Of a stretch of DNA of 64,000 nucleotides, positions 37,261-50,139 are shown piece after piece. The stretch lies in assembly GCF_964194025.1 (NCBI RefSeq), contig NC_134469.1, positions 26,474,001-26,538,000 on the forward strand, read 5' to 3'. Below the pieces are notes generated by a model, which saw only the letters and a list, made by a program, of their open reading frames with translations, did not search any database and was not told the DNA's origin. Positions within the stretch are counted from its first letter, which is position 1; every line of letters begins with the position of its first letter. This DNA comes from Convolutriloba macropyga (taxonomy: Eukaryota). The position numbers and the translations under genes are program-made.

Positions 37261-39600
37261 ATGATTTTTATTTTTTTTGTCTATTTAGTAGCTGCTGTCA
37301 GCCTCTCAACGGCTACTATAAAGGTGCTATGCTTTTCTGTGATTCGAAGAGCAGTAATAGTGACCTATATTTTAATCAGTGACTTCTATTTTTAGACGAT
37401 GTGTTTTAGAAGTAGTCAACTTTCGCACGTCAAAAGAAGTGTTTAAAAGGTTCCTAGAACAATTTTTGGGAAGCATCATTTTAATTCTTTTAAAGGAATT
37501 TTGAAATATCTTTGATTTTTTCATTTTTCCAGTTTCTCTGAATGTACCGTTTCTGTTGTTTTTTCATCTGATATGCAGTCAATTGTTGAGTGATAACTAT
37601 TATTTGTAGTTTCAATTTGTATTTCATTGGTGTGCTGTCTTTTTTAAGATGTTTTCATACATTTTTCTGATAACTTTTAGCTTCCAAAAAGGAATGAACA
37701 GGTGACACTGGGCTGGAATTTCAATATAGGCACTCAACTGGTTTTAGTGGTGTTTAAATTGCCGGATATACAGAAAGTTCTGGGAATGTTTAAGTTCCAG
37801 GTGAAAAGGTCACCTTGAGATTTTTTTTGAGATTTTTATTAAACAGTTCTTCAATTGACATTTGCTTAAATTCCTAGTCGTCTTGCGCAAGCTAGAAACG
37901 CTCTTCATAATTTTTCTGAGGTATATGTTTTGGTACTAAAAACTTAATTACAAAAAGTTGTTGTTATGTTTGCATTTTTTTCAATTCTTTTTCGAAATTT
38001 TTTTGTAATTTTTTAAGTTTTGCAATTTCTTTTTGCTAAGGAGTGGTTTTGGGGCTTATAAAAGGGTAACTGGATTTTTTTTAATGGAAATTTTGTATGG
38101 CAATGGAATGGTCTTCAGCAGTGTAGTATCAAAAATGTTAGCAATTTCTTGCCAAAGCTTCAATTTTTTTCTGAAGACATTTTTATTGCGATTTTCAGCA
38201 GCAATTCAGTGTAATTTCCGATTGTTTTCATGAAATTTTTTAGGCCTCTTAGATGGTTGGACAGATTCAACAGACAAAAACGTGGTTTTGTATATAGTAA
38301 TATCATTTGGAAACTTTCTAATTTTCTCAAAATTTTGAAAACTTTAATAAATTTTGCAATTTCATTTTTTAATCAACTATTTGTCATATTTCTTGTGTTT
38401 ACCTATCTTTAGTGGCCAATACACCACTTTCAAGGCTTGTGTGATTTATTTGTTTTAAATTTGAATGAATCGAACTTTGCCTTCGGGGTGAAAGTTTCAA
38501 GAGTCTAGCATTGATTTTATATCTGTTCACTTTGTGTGATTGTTTTTGGTTTTCTGATTTTTTTGGTACTCTTTGTTTTTTTGTCTGGTTTCTCAGATAG
38601 AGTATTTTCTCTCGTCAGATTCAGTAGTTCTCTTTTTTCTGAATCAATCGTTCATTTCTGTGTATTGTATTTGAAGACTTGTCCACCTATGTTGTCTATA
38701 ATCCGCTTCACCTTTTGATCACGTTTTTTGTTTCTTTTTCATGATTCATAGTTTTCCCGCTTGACTGCTGAATTACTTCGCTCACTGCTTCAACTGAATT
38801 GATGGTACATTCTTTCGTCCAGTGAATTGCGTAAAGTATTGAATATGGTCAAATTCAACAGAGCAAAAGAAAAAGAAATGGGATAAACCGATAAAGTCTG
38901 TTCTTAATTCTTAGTGCCCTAGCCTATCAAAGCTCATTAGAGTGATTGCTAGCTGGCATTGGTATTAAGTTTAGGAGCCTTTAGTTTAAAGGCTGAACTT
39001 ATTTTATTTTTGGGGTCTAATTGAAAATGAACACAAATTTAGAACACTTTTTTAGATTTGAGTTGAGTTGTGCCAATTTTTGTCTCTGTTTCATTCCTGT
39101 CCTATTTCAATACAGAGCTCGTCCAGCGGGTCAGTGGCGGCTATTTTCCGATAATTTGCTGGATTTTTTTAAAATTCGAATTACCAGCTATTGTCGCCAC
39201 TTGCCCTCTTTCAATAGAAGTGGATCTAACATAGCTTTGCGGATAAACTATCAAAAATCGTGACTTTTCCTAGTCCTTCTGCTGGAGAGCATGATAGCCA
39301 TTCTTCGTTGAAGAATTTGAAACAGAATAGGATTGAAATCTCTTCAAAAGCTTCTTCTCATCAGAAAAGGAACTAAATATTCATGAAATTTACACGATTC
39401 ACCATCATTGTACAATTAACTGCTATTTTTCATCAATTCGAAAAACATGATACAAGAGTGCTGTACCCTCACTTGCGGAAAACAATTTTTGTAAATCTAG
39501 TGGAAAACTTTCTCAAACACTTTTAAACTCGATGCCTTTCTTTGACATTTATGTTTTCCATTGTTTAAGAACCTACGCCTTAAAAGCTGTCTTAGGATTT

Positions 39601-40185
39601 CGGCGTCCCGCTTTTTTACCCCTATTCAACCCCCTTTCATTTAACCCCCTATCATTTAACCCCCATTTATTAACCCCTGTATCATTTAACCCCTCTCTTT
39701 TAACCCCCTATCATTTAACTCCGATTTATTAACCCCTGTATCATTTAATCCCTCTCTTTTAACCCCCTATCATTTAACCCCGATTTATTAACCCCTGTAT
39801 CATTTAACCCCTCTCTTTTAACCCCCTATCAATTAACCCCGATTTATTAACCCCTGTATCATTTAACTCCTCTATCTTTTAACACCTCTATCATTTCACC
39901 CCGACTTTAATCTTTCTATAAAATTAGGATTATTAAATTAGCAATATAATCATTTGGCCATGCCTTGCGGGCCATGGCCATGCCCTAGCGGCCCGTGGGA
40001 CTTGATATGAAACTATCACAACCGATCATGGGATTAGGTTGTCTACTTAATTATGACAAAATATGCCTTTAATGTCGACTGCTAATTGTTTGGATGAAAT
40101 GATGAGTGAAGTGATATAGGGGTCAAAAGATGTGGTGTAGAAATATGCGGGGTTAAATGAATCGGGGTGAAAAGAAGTAGCGTCA
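39601..40185. mobile_element. Foldback/MITE-like element containing a TTAACCCC minisatellite (39615-39905)
   Basis: Tandem units rich in TTAACCCC on the left, inverted GGGGTTAA/GGGGTGAA copies at 40118-40175, weak terminal complementarity, possible GATTT TSD. Confidence 0.5.
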
Positions 40186-40397
40186 GATTTTCAAATGCCG
40201 ATTCCTGACAAAAATTCATTCTTTAAATCTACCAAATACAATCAATACCGACGCTTTCAATCAAATCTTTGATTTTTTTGTGTTCATTTTTTAAAACTTA
40301 TTTTCCAATTACTTGACGTCTTTTTAGATTGCCGCCAATCTTTAAAAGAAATAAAAAAATCTGTCGAAAAAGCCTTTGAGAAACGTGGCTGTTTCAG

Positions 40398-40613
40398 GAA
40401 CCAACTATGGCCAGAACATGATGTGCATCAGCTTGAATGTTTCCCAATTTGATAAACTGGGTACCCACTTTCTATACACCTATCCCTGGAGCTACAACGT
40501 CAGTATTCCCTCTCAGTTCCAGGAATCTGTTCCCAACTTGGTCTCTGCTGCCGTTGAGGCAAATCACGTGACCGAAGAGCCTTACACTGCCAGTGAAACT
40601 GTTGTGTCGTCAG
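40398..40613 (+). CDS. DNASE2: DNase II exon 3
   Basis: ttcag|GA; GTNYGQNMMCISL...YTYPWSYN; phase 1 at both ends. Confidence 0.9.
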
Positions 40614-41720
40614 GTTTCATAATTTATCGATCTAGATTACTGATTAAAAGTTTGTAGCATAATTATTAAAACAAGCGCGTGCAAGAAATCTCAATGCACG
40701 AAGTTTAAATCCAAGAAGTTCTCTTATAAGTAGACAGAAGTTGACTTTCATTCTCTTTCGGCATTTTCAAACTTGCAAGTTGCGTGTTTTAAGCAAGGTT
40801 ACGCGATTATGCAGAAGTCACCTCGAAATTCTGGCTTATTATCTTAAATAGCTGAGTGGTTCTCGATAAACGCCAGAAGTTCTCAGCGACTTCAAGCAGC
40901 GTCGCCTATCAGTAATAGAATTAAAATAATAATCCCATTTAGCCAATCGTGGTTACAACACATTTGATAAACACTTCTTTGGGGAAATTTAGTTTGGTTG
41001 AAGAGATTTTTCGAATTTCAAGCTAAGGGATACAATTTGAATTTTGCTCTCGCTTATTTTTTCGTTGAAAAAAAGTTGAAAATTACTTGCAAGAAGTTGA
41101 CTGGTGTTAGAGGGCATATAGTGTGACCATAAAGAACATAGAGTAGTTAAGTTTTTGTATAGCGAGCCTCGAGGGTAGGGCAAACATTTTCCAATCGTGT
41201 TAGACATGTTGTCATCAGTGGTAAGAAACAGCTCTGGCTGATCATTTCTTATGATAAACATTTGTTGTCAACCTGTATCTCGGATGTTGTACCAATGTTA
41301 ATCTCATTAAAATTCTGTCGAGCCGTTAAGTTAATATTGAAACCTTTACTTATTGTAGCAGATGTCCTCTTTATGCAAAAATTCGCTCGACAAATTTGGC
41401 GGTTCGATTGCTCTTTTGGCCCCCTTAATTCTCTTGTTTTGCGTAAATTATCCAGTTGTATGATTCACAATTTTTTTGAGAAATTGAGTTCAATTGGCGC
41501 GGCCTTCTCATTTGTGGAAGAAGCACAAAGAGAAATTGTTTCTTTATTATTTAGTTTTTAGTGGTTGTGACAAAAATTAGATGAAATCAGATGCTACTAA
41601 AATCAGATGAAACCCATTTGTCCAGTTTTACTCCACAAGCATGCTATATTTGAAGTGGTTTTGGGGTTTTTAGAACAATTGCGCGGACTTTGGCTCATAA
41701 TATTTCCAATAAATTAACGA

Positions 41721-42079
41721 CACACTAAATAAAGGTAAAGTGTTAAGGCAAATTGTTGTTAAGGAAAGGTTAAGGTAACGTTTAACCTTAACTTTACTTT
41801 TACTTGAGTTAAGGTAAAAGTTTTCCTTAACCTAGTAGATAAAATTACATTAAATTACTTCAAACTTTTCCTCTTTTTTTGAAACGTTCTGCAGTACATA
41901 ATTGCATATTTTAATAAGGTAGCATACTTTGTTAAAGCGATGAGGCCTTAATTTTCAGGTAAAGTTCAAGTAAGGTTAGCTTTAGCTAATGTGAGTTAAA
42001 AAAAGCGGATTTACCGTAACCGTTTGATGTGAGTTAAGTCATCTTCTATGGTAAAGTTACCTTAACTTTATTTATTGTG
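41721..42079. mobile_element. Non-autonomous CAC-terminal (CMC-like) MITE
   Basis: TIR CACACTAAATAAAG / CTTTATTTATTGTG (one mismatch), GA on both flanks, subterminal GTTAAGG/CCTTAAC repeats. Confidence 0.6.
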
Positions 42080-45000
42080 GACTTCATATTCAGAGCTTCG
42101 GGCTCCAAATTTTGCGAGAACTCATAATCTTACATCTTTTTGCAAAAACGATTAGATTTGGGACCTGGGGTCAACTTCTTTAAGATTGGGCAGCACTTAA
42201 GCAAATAACAGGCAGGAAGCTAATTTTTTTTGTGAGGTCTCAACTTCTCTGACGCATAAAATTAAAGGAGAAATCGCTACTTTGCAAGTAAATACTGCCG
42301 GTAATCTAAAGTAAAACAAGGAGGCTCGGTAATGTACGTACGCACATAACGTTCCGACCTGGCTCGTTCACATTCTTGACTTTTTTGGCTACCAAATTAT
42401 GAGGAGTTTGAAAACTTTTAAAAACATACACATCGTTCAATAAACCACTAATGAAAAAACAGAAATGCCAAAATAAAGGGCCGATAAAGCTTGATTTTAA
42501 TAGGACTACTAGAAAACACAGAAGGCAAAACAAACCGATCTATTTTTCAATGGAAAAGATATGGGACCAGTCCTCAATGCGACTGGGTAACAGGTCGACA
42601 AAAAAACAAAAAGTGCGAAGTTCAAAAAACGTTTCTAATTTTGAAAACAATTATGTTCAAAGCGATTAATATCATTAAATAATAACTGAAATCACTGAAT
42701 CGTTGGTTTATATCTTCATAGAAAACAATTGAGGCCTTTCATTATCCAGTGTACGTCATACGACTACAAAAAGAAGAACAAACACAGGACAAATTAAAAC
42801 GTTCAATTAAACTTTGCAAGAAAATGGCAGTGATGCAGTTAAAACTATAAACTCTTCACTAAGAGCATTAAAAGAAGTCAAGTGCACAATTTTTTAAAAG
42901 CCAAAGGGACTTACCATTAAAACTATGATATGAAAAGAAACAAAATTTTAAAATCAAATACATTTTAAAACATTTTTTGAAATCTCGTAGTAACAGCAGT
43001 AACAAAGCGAAGAAGCAAGTGGTTGAAAAAAAACCGTTAAAAATATTACATTATAACTCAATAGAAATGAGCTTTGACCTGAGCTCACAGAGATTCAGCT
43101 ACAAATTGGCCGGAAAACGATTTAAAAAATGGCGAAGCCTAAAAATCCAGATATGATTTGAAAACAAATTTTCAAAAGCCATAACAGACAAAATTTATTT
43201 AAAACGAGATGAATTATGTTGGGAAAACTCAGGAAACCAAATGATCTTCCTCTTATTGAGATTATGTCACGAGACAACACAATAACAAATACAGCATAGA
43301 AAATCGAAGTAAAATTTGAACAGTATAGAAAATTTTTTTGGAATTAATAAGTCGAAACCGTCAATCAAAACATTAAACTTAAGACATCTTTTCAGTGAGA
43401 TTGAGTTACATGGTGACAAAAATGAAAGTAAAATGTAGACAGTTGAAAAAATCTTTTTTAAACGAAAATGATAATTTGAAAGTCATTAAAACAAATAGCA
43501 ATAGACTGAAATCGTTAAAAAGTTTCAGATAATCGTTTTGGTAAGCAATTGAGACCTATCATTATCAAGTACATGTTGTACAACAACAAAACGAAGAGCA
43601 AATACAGTCCAGAGTATAAAAATCCACGATATTTTGCAGGAGAAACTCTGTCTCAGCCCAAAGGCATAAACTATTCAACAAAAACAATTAATGTATCCCG
43701 ATACGCCTTTGTTCATGGTTTCAACTGTTGTTTTCTTCAATTGGACCTGGGCATATTTGTGGACCTCACCAATGGGACCACATTAATGCGATAATGCGAT
43801 AAAGAAAGAAAATGAACTTATAAAATGTGCAATTATGCTTAAAAAATTCAAAAACTCGTGGTACCAAAACCAAGAAATCATTGGTTAAATATTAAACCGC
43901 TACATACATGAATTTTTAACTCACAAGAAATGGGTTTCTGTCTGCTTTTACAGAGACTACAGCAGAAGTTGAGATAATTATTATTCAAATGATAAATTTT
44001 ATTCAAATATTTTTCAAATGAATAAATCCAACTACTGAATTATTCAAATGTTTGCGAAATAAATCAGTTTTTCCACACAATTTCTCAGTATATCAAAAAC
44101 AAATAATGCATTTTGTGTAATTATCGAGTCTAAATTCAAAAAAAAGACAAAATTATAATTTCAGATGAGTCTTAAAGCCAGCGGGAGTACAATTAGTCCT
44201 GCTTACGAAGTATATGACCGCAGTTTTAAGGTGTCCAATTTAGAGAAATTGTGCTAAAAATTATATTTAATCCCTTTTTTGACGACAAAAATTTCAGCAT
44301 AAATTCTGGCCAAAAAGACTGGAATCGAAAAATTCAGCAAACCTCCTCTATCTTTAAAGATAAAATCAATAACACTGCCGTTAACAATTTTAACATATTT
44401 TAAGAAAAATTAACGAAATTTTGGTCAAAAAATACGAAAGATGTGAATAAACCAACGAAAAATTGTCTGCTATTCACAAAAACTTAAACCTCGATAACTC
44501 CCTGTAAAACGCGAAAATCAAAAAAATCTTTTTAATTCCATATACTACGCTAGACGAGCTCTTTAATGATGTCACTCAAAGCTCTCTACGATTATTATAT
44601 CGATCGGCCAAAATTGACTGAACAAAAAAACCATTTGAGTATATTGTTCCTCCCCCACTAAAGTAGGTGGGAACAATAAACTAACGCCATAATGCTACTA
44701 GTCCAATCTTTCAGTTTTTTCTATTTATTTAAAGACTTGGGTTTGTTTCTTAAATTTTGAGCTATGGTTTTGCTGTTTCCTTGATGAGGCCGCCATGATA
44801 ACTTACATAAGTTGCTGTTCCAGACGGAGATTGGCATGTCCAAACAGTCCCAGACTGAAAGTGCTAAATTCCCAAATTTTTTGTTGTTTAACAGATCTTC
44901 GTGTGTTACGTTGACTTTTGCGCGTTCTACACCACAATTTTGTTCACTCAAAAAGGGAGATCTGCAGTTAATGAAATCTCCTCTTCTACCTCGATGGCAT

Positions 45001-45287
45001 ATCACACAAAATTAATATATTACTCTCATAAAATCTAGACATGAATGAACAAACTATGTTTTTGCACGCTCAAATTTTGCCCGAATTATCATTTCCCGAA
45101 AATTTCGGCATGCTCCCATTTTCTTTCCCATTTTTTAAAATTTCCCAGCGCAAAATTCTGGTGGAATATTTTCAGGATATGTATATTGGTAGGGTGTAAT
45201 AACAATTTCGCGTGTTCATCCATTTTTGCATAAACATTGTTTTATTTGCATCGCACGACGACCCCTTGTGAATTCATTCTTGTTCTG

Positions 45288-45646
45288 TGTTTATGCTCTT
45301 CGGCCTAAGTCTTGCATACCAAGACAACTTTTCATTAATATTTGTATTTCTGAAAGTCGCAACTATGGTAGCAAATCAAGCTCTATAAATACATCATAAT
45401 TCGCGCCATTGGCACACAAGTTATGGTCAAAAACGGGAAATCCCTTACTATAAATAATATTGAAAGTGAACGTCAACCACTTCTGACTTCTTCAATAAAA
45501 TCAACATATAAAAAGCTTCAACGAAAATAGGTTGGGGGAATGAAAATCATGAAATGAAAGGGTTTTGGAGGACGAAAGTGTAGGTGGGGGGAGGAAAATG
45601 AGGGTGTGGGGGGAGATAAAATATAAAGGAACTTGGTTCCTTTACA
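45288..45646 (-). repeat. 3' LTR
   Basis: Matches 52590-52948 with no difference seen by eye. Confidence 0.95.
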
Positions 45647-45768
45647 CTCCCGGCAACAAAAGCAAGCATTTGATATGAAAATGTAAACACAATAAAGCAA
45701 AAAGTTTTCATTCCGACATTGAGTTTTGTGTGTGTGTGTGAGTGTATGTGTATTTCGATGAACTTGTT

Positions 45769-48700
45769 TCAATGACCCTCCGGCGCACCTGACGATTGTG
45801 GGAACACACGGCTTAGGGTTACTGCTGGTCTTTGTACCATTCCTGTAGCCGTCTGGATGTCGAAACTCCTGGCTATCCCGTCTGAACCTCTGTGTGCTTT
45901 CACAATCTTCCCAAGAGGCCAGATGCCTCTGGGTGTGAACTCCTTGAGCACCCACACAATGTCACCTTCATCCAGCTCATCATGTGATCTTTGCCACTTC
46001 GTTCTCTTGTTGAGCTCAGGAACATATTCCTTCAGCAACCTGCTCCAGTAGTGATCAAGTAGTGTCTGCGTCAACTTGAAGTCCTTAGTGGAGAACCGCT
46101 GGTTGCTGTTCACAAGAGGTTTCAAACACATGTGAGGTCGGCGAAGGAGGAAGTGATTCGGAGTAAGTGGTCCCTCATCTGAGATGCTGCAGCCCACATG
46201 AGTTAATGGCCTGGAGTTCAAAATTGCCTCGGCCTCTGCCACAACTGTCTGGAAAACTGAGAGTGTTAGTTTCCGACTGCCCAGCACTATTAGTAGACTC
46301 CTCTTCGCGGTCTGTATCAGCCTCTCCCAGACTCCTCCGAAGTGTGGTGCCAATGGAGGGTTGAAAGTCCACTGAATGTTCTGTTGAGCCAATTGCAGTC
46401 TGATGTACTCATTGTCTGGCTTGTAGCTTCTCTGGAACTTTAACTTCATTGCTTGGTTGGCTCCAATGAAGTTTTTGCCATTGTCACTCACAATGAGATC
46501 AGGGTATCCACGTCGTGAGACAAATCTGCGGATTGTCATGAGAAGACAATCAGTTGAGAGGTCATGGCATACTTCTAGGTGGACAGCTCTGGTGACCAGG
46601 CATGTGAACAAGCAGACGTAGTGCATCTGGTTGCCCTCTCTCTTGTCCTCAATGTAGAAAGGTCCAAACATGTCCATTCCTGTGTTGACGAAAGGGTACT
46701 GCTTGTTTGCATCTGGAAATCTGAATTCAGGAAGATCGGCCATCTTGGGTCTCACATTGTCTGCCCTCCATCGTCTGCAAATGAAACAGTATTTCCCCAG
46801 ACTTCGCAGCACTTTTCTCAATCCAATCATCAAGAAAGTCTGTTGCAGGTGAGCCTTCACATGTTCCACACCCTGATGGCCACAGTCATGGTGCGCCTTT
46901 TCAATCAACAGTCTTGCAATTTTGCTCCTGCTATGGAGAAGAAGCGGATGTTTTGCATTGTAGGTTAGAGGTGCCTTGTTGAGTCTTCCTCCTACCCTCA
47001 AGAGTCCGTCTTCATCTAGAAAGGGTGTGAAGGGCATCAGCTTGTCTCCTTTCTCAAGATTGCCTCCCTTCAACAGTGCAGAAATTGTTCCTGAGAACAA
47101 CTCGTTTTGGGACATTTTGATGAGGTAGTTCCTTGCCCTGTTCTCATCTGATGCAAAAGTGTTAGTGTTGGATGTCTCAGGTGATTCGTTTTGTCTTCTA
47201 GTTCGAACTTTTGCCCTGAAGCGTCTTATTGCCTGGAACACCATTCTAGTAGAGTTGAGCAGTCGACTCCATGTTGAAAATTTGTCAACCTCAATGACCG
47301 GCGTCTGAAGTTGTGTCGCTTGTGTGGCGCATATGTGGGGATCACTGTCCTCGGCAAAATTCCAAGAGTCTTGAGGTTTGCTCAGAAAGTCCGGTGGTTG
47401 GAGCCACAGCTTTGGTATGTCTGATGGGGTGAGGCCTCGTGTTCCATGGTCAGCGGGATTCATCTTTCCAGGGATGTGTCTCCAACTCTCTTGGTTGGAA
47501 TTCTCGTGAATTTTGGTTAATCTGTTGGCAATGTACATTTTCTGTCTTTGCTTGGATTGGATCCAACCAAGTGTAGCGGTGCTGTCTGTCCAAAAGTGTT
47601 TTGAACTTATTGTAGTTGTCATCTCGCTCTCACAGAACCCAGCTAGCTCTGCTCCAAGTGTTGCAGCTTCCAACTCCAGTTTTGGAATGCTCAACTGCTT
47701 GATCGGTGCCACTTTTGTTTTACTGATCACATATCGGGATGTGGAAGATCCATCGGCGTTCGTTGTCCTCACATAAACTATGGCAGCAATTGCACTCATT
47801 GAGGCATCAGTGAACGTGTGAAGTTGATGGGTTCCATTGGTGTTGGGAATCAAGCATCTGGGAATTTCAATTGGAGTCATGTTGTCGAACTCATCCATCC
47901 ACTCCTGTAGTTCCTGTTGGTAGCATTCTGACACAGGTTGATCCCAGTTTCTTCCCTCTTTAATGATTCTTTGGAGGCTGCATCTAATTCTGATGGCAAA
48001 GGGTGATATCAGTCCGATTGGATCGAACAGAGAAGCTGCAATTGAGAGAACCTTTCTTTGGGTCATCTGTTGTCCTGTATAGAGAAACTTCGGTTTTGCA
48101 AACATCAACTTGTCAGTTTTGGGGTCCCACGTCTGACCAAGGATTCTTTGGGCTTTCATTTCCGCCTTGTCTTCTTCCAGTAGGTTTTCTAATGCGGCTG
48201 GTCTGTTGCTCAAGAACTTCGTCAGATTGAATCCTCCTGTATGTAAAACAGTTTTGATCTCCTCTGCACTTCTGTGGGCCTCCTCTTCAGAAGGGTAGGT
48301 CTGCATGAAATCATCCATGTAGAACTGCTGCATGATTGATGTGTAGGCCTCTGGATGTTCTTGTTTGTGGTCATTTGCACACTTCTGCAGAACAAATATC
48401 GCACAAGAAGGTGAGCATGTGGCTCCAAAAATGAGTCGATTGTATTTGAAGATCTTTTCATTGCCATCCTCTGTCCAGAGAAAACGGAGATAGTCTTGGT
48501 CTTTTGGTTGGATGCCAATCTGCATGAACATTGCCTCGATGTCCGCTGTGATTGCCACTGAGTACTGTCTGAAGCGGAGAAGAAGGCCATGCAGGTTGCA
48601 GAGTAGATCCGGCCCTGTCAGCAATGCATCATTGAGTGAGAGTCCCTTATATTTGGAAGCAGCGTTTGTGACTCTGCGGATTTTGTCTGGTTTCTGTTTG

Positions 48701-50139
48701 TTGATCACTGGGTGATGGGGAAGGTACCAGACAGAGTGTCTGCAACTGGGGTCTGCAGTTGTGATGTAGTTTTTATCCAAATCTTTTTTGATTGTTTCCT
48801 CATAGCGGTCTCTCAAGTTTGTGTCCCTCTCCAACCTCTGCTGCAGAGCGTGCCACTGAACTTTGGCCATGAAGTAGTTGTTAGGTAGTATGATGTCTTT
48901 CTTCCATGGAAGTCCAATCTGGTATCTGTCACCAATGTGTCTTATGGTATCATTGAGGATGGACAACGCCTCCTTGTCATCTGAAGACTGTCCCTTTGAA
49001 GAACACTGATTGAAGTTCACTCCTTCAATTGTCCAGAAGAGCTGGAGAAGATCTTCATCTGGATCGTCTTGCCGTCTCTTGATATGATTGAGAAGTGTTA
49101 TGTTTGTGCTGTTTGTCTGTCCGACCCTCTTCTGTGTGTACCTCTGAGGAATGGGCCCTGTCAGTGTCCAGCCAAGCAGAGTGTTGACTCCGTATGGTGT
49201 ACCAGTGGGTCCCGTTGTGAACTGTCTGGGAACTGTTGCTGTGAATGCGTCTGCTCCAATCAGTATTCCGATCCGGTTGTCCCTGATTGTTGGAAATCTT
49301 AAGCTCTGGAGGTGAGAATGGTCTCTGCAGATCTCATTCAACATTTCAATTTGAACTCTTGGCATGCGAAACTCGTCCATTGCTGTTGCGTACACAGGGA
49401 TTCTGATCACAGGACAACTGCTGTACAAAGCTCCTATGCCGATCATGACATCTGCTGTTTTGACTGAGTGTTCACCATGAAGTGAAGCTGGTGGTAGGGT
49501 TATGTCTTTTGGTTGTTGAACTTGAAGTGCATCAGCAACCTTCTGTGTTATTTGAGTATTGTCACTGCCACTGTCCAGCAATGCGTAGGTTTCAATGCAA
49601 AGATCTCTGTTGAAAAGTGTTACTGGTATTGCCTGCAACTGAATCTGCGGTCTGATCCAAGAAGTCTCCTGCTGGTTGCTGCAGGTGTAGTTTTGTTGCG
49701 GAGTAGTTGCCTGCTGCTGAGCCACAGTGCGTTGATTGCTACTCTGCTGTCTGTTGTTGTTGTCGTTCTGCGTGTTCATCGGCTGAGGGTGAAAACCATT
49801 TTTGTTCCAGTTGCCCCTGTGTGAAGTACTGCTGTTAGATCCACCATGTCTGTTTTGAGTTCCACTCTGTTGGTTGTAGTTTGAACTCGTCTGCTGCCTT
49901 TGGTTTTCATTGTTAAAGTTACGTCCATAGTTTGACTGGTTTTGGTTGGTTTGGGGTCTGAAGTTATTTTGTGAGTTTTGGTTCCAGTTCCCATTTGGTT
50001 GTGCATATTGTTGCATCTGCCTTGCATCTGTCCTATGGAGTGTTGAGTGATGGAAGCCATTGCATCTGTCCACAAGGCACCTTATTTTTGATTGACAGAG
50101 ACCCTTTTCATGACCTCTTAGACAGTTAGGGCAGAGATT
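45769..50139 (-). CDS. pol: BEL/Pao Pol (remaining Zn knuckles, aspartic protease, RT, RNase H, integrase)
   Basis: Frame open from 50139 (NLCPNCLRGH..C; C...C...HHSTLH), YALLDSGS, FYMDD, FTDAS, HHDCGH/CFIC, GMDMFGP, SDNGKNF, GGVWERLI. Confidence 0.93.
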   Translation of the reverse strand, partial: NLCPNCLRGHEKGLCQSKIRCLVDRCNGFHHSTLHRTDARQMQQYAQPNGNWNQNSQNNFRPQTNQNQSNYGRNFNNENQRQQTSSNYNQQSGTQNRHGGSNSSTSHRGNWNKNGFHPQPMNTQNDNNNRQQSSNQRTVAQQQATTPQQNYTCSNQQETSWIRPQIQLQAIPVTLFNRDLCIETYALLDSGSDNTQITQKVADALQVQQPKDITLPPASLHGEHSVKTADVMIGIGALYSSCPVIRIPVYATAMDEFRMPRVQIEMLNEICRDHSHLQSLRFPTIRDNRIGILIGADAFTATVPRQFTTGPTGTPYGVNTLLGWTLTGPIPQRYTQKRVGQTNSTNITLLNHIKRRQDDPDEDLLQLFWTIEGVNFNQCSSKGQSSDDKEALSILNDTIRHIGDRYQIGLPWKKDIILPNNYFMAKVQWHALQQRLERDTNLRDRYEETIKKDLDKNYITTADPSCRHSVWYLPHHPVINKQKPDKIRRVTNAASKYKGLSLNDALLTGPDLLCNLHGLLLRFRQYSVAITADIEAMFMQIGIQPKDQDYLRFLWTEDGNEKIFKYNRLIFGATCSPSCAIFVLQKCANDHKQEHPEAYTSIMQQFYMDDFMQTYPSEEEAHRSAEEIKTVLHTGGFNLTKFLSNRPAALENLLEEDKAEMKAQRILGQTWDPKTDKLMFAKPKFLYTGQQMTQRKVLSIAASLFDPIGLISPFAIRIRCSLQRIIKEGRNWDQPVSECYQQELQEWMDEFDNMTPIEIPRCLIPNTNGTHQLHTFTDASMSAIAAIVYVRTTNADGSSTSRYVISKTKVAPIKQLSIPKLELEAATLGAELAGFCESEMTTTISSKHFWTDSTATLGWIQSKQRQKMYIANRLTKIHENSNQESWRHIPGKMNPADHGTRGLTPSDIPKLWLQPPDFLSKPQDSWNFAEDSDPHICATQATQLQTPVIEVDKFSTWSRLLNSTRMVFQAIRRFRAKVRTRRQNESPETSNTNTFASDENRARNYLIKMSQNELFSGTISALLKGGNLEKGDKLMPFTPFLDEDGLLRVGGRLNKAPLTYNAKHPLLLHSRSKIARLLIEKAHHDCGHQGVEHVKAHLQQTFLMIGLRKVLRSLGKYCFICRRWRADNVRPKMADLPEFRFPDANKQYPFVNTGMDMFGPFYIEDKREGNQMHYVCLFTCLVTRAVHLEVCHDLSTDCLLMTIRRFVSRRGYPDLIVSDNGKNFIGANQAMKLKFQRSYKPDNEYIRLQLAQQNIQWTFNPPLAPHFGGVWERLIQTAKRSLLIVLGSRKLTLSVFQTVVAEAEAILNSRPLTHVGCSISDEGPLTPNHFLLRRPHMCLKPLVNSNQRFSTKDFKLTQTLLDHYWSRLLKEYVPELNKRTKWQRSHDELDEGDIVWVLKEFTPRGIWPLGKIVKAHRGSDGIARSFDIQTATGMVQRPAVTLSRVFPQSSGAPEGH

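Noticed and set aside
42300-44600. A-rich stretch that may be a decayed LINE ORF1 or transposon
   Set aside because: No convincing conserved motif recoverable by eye.
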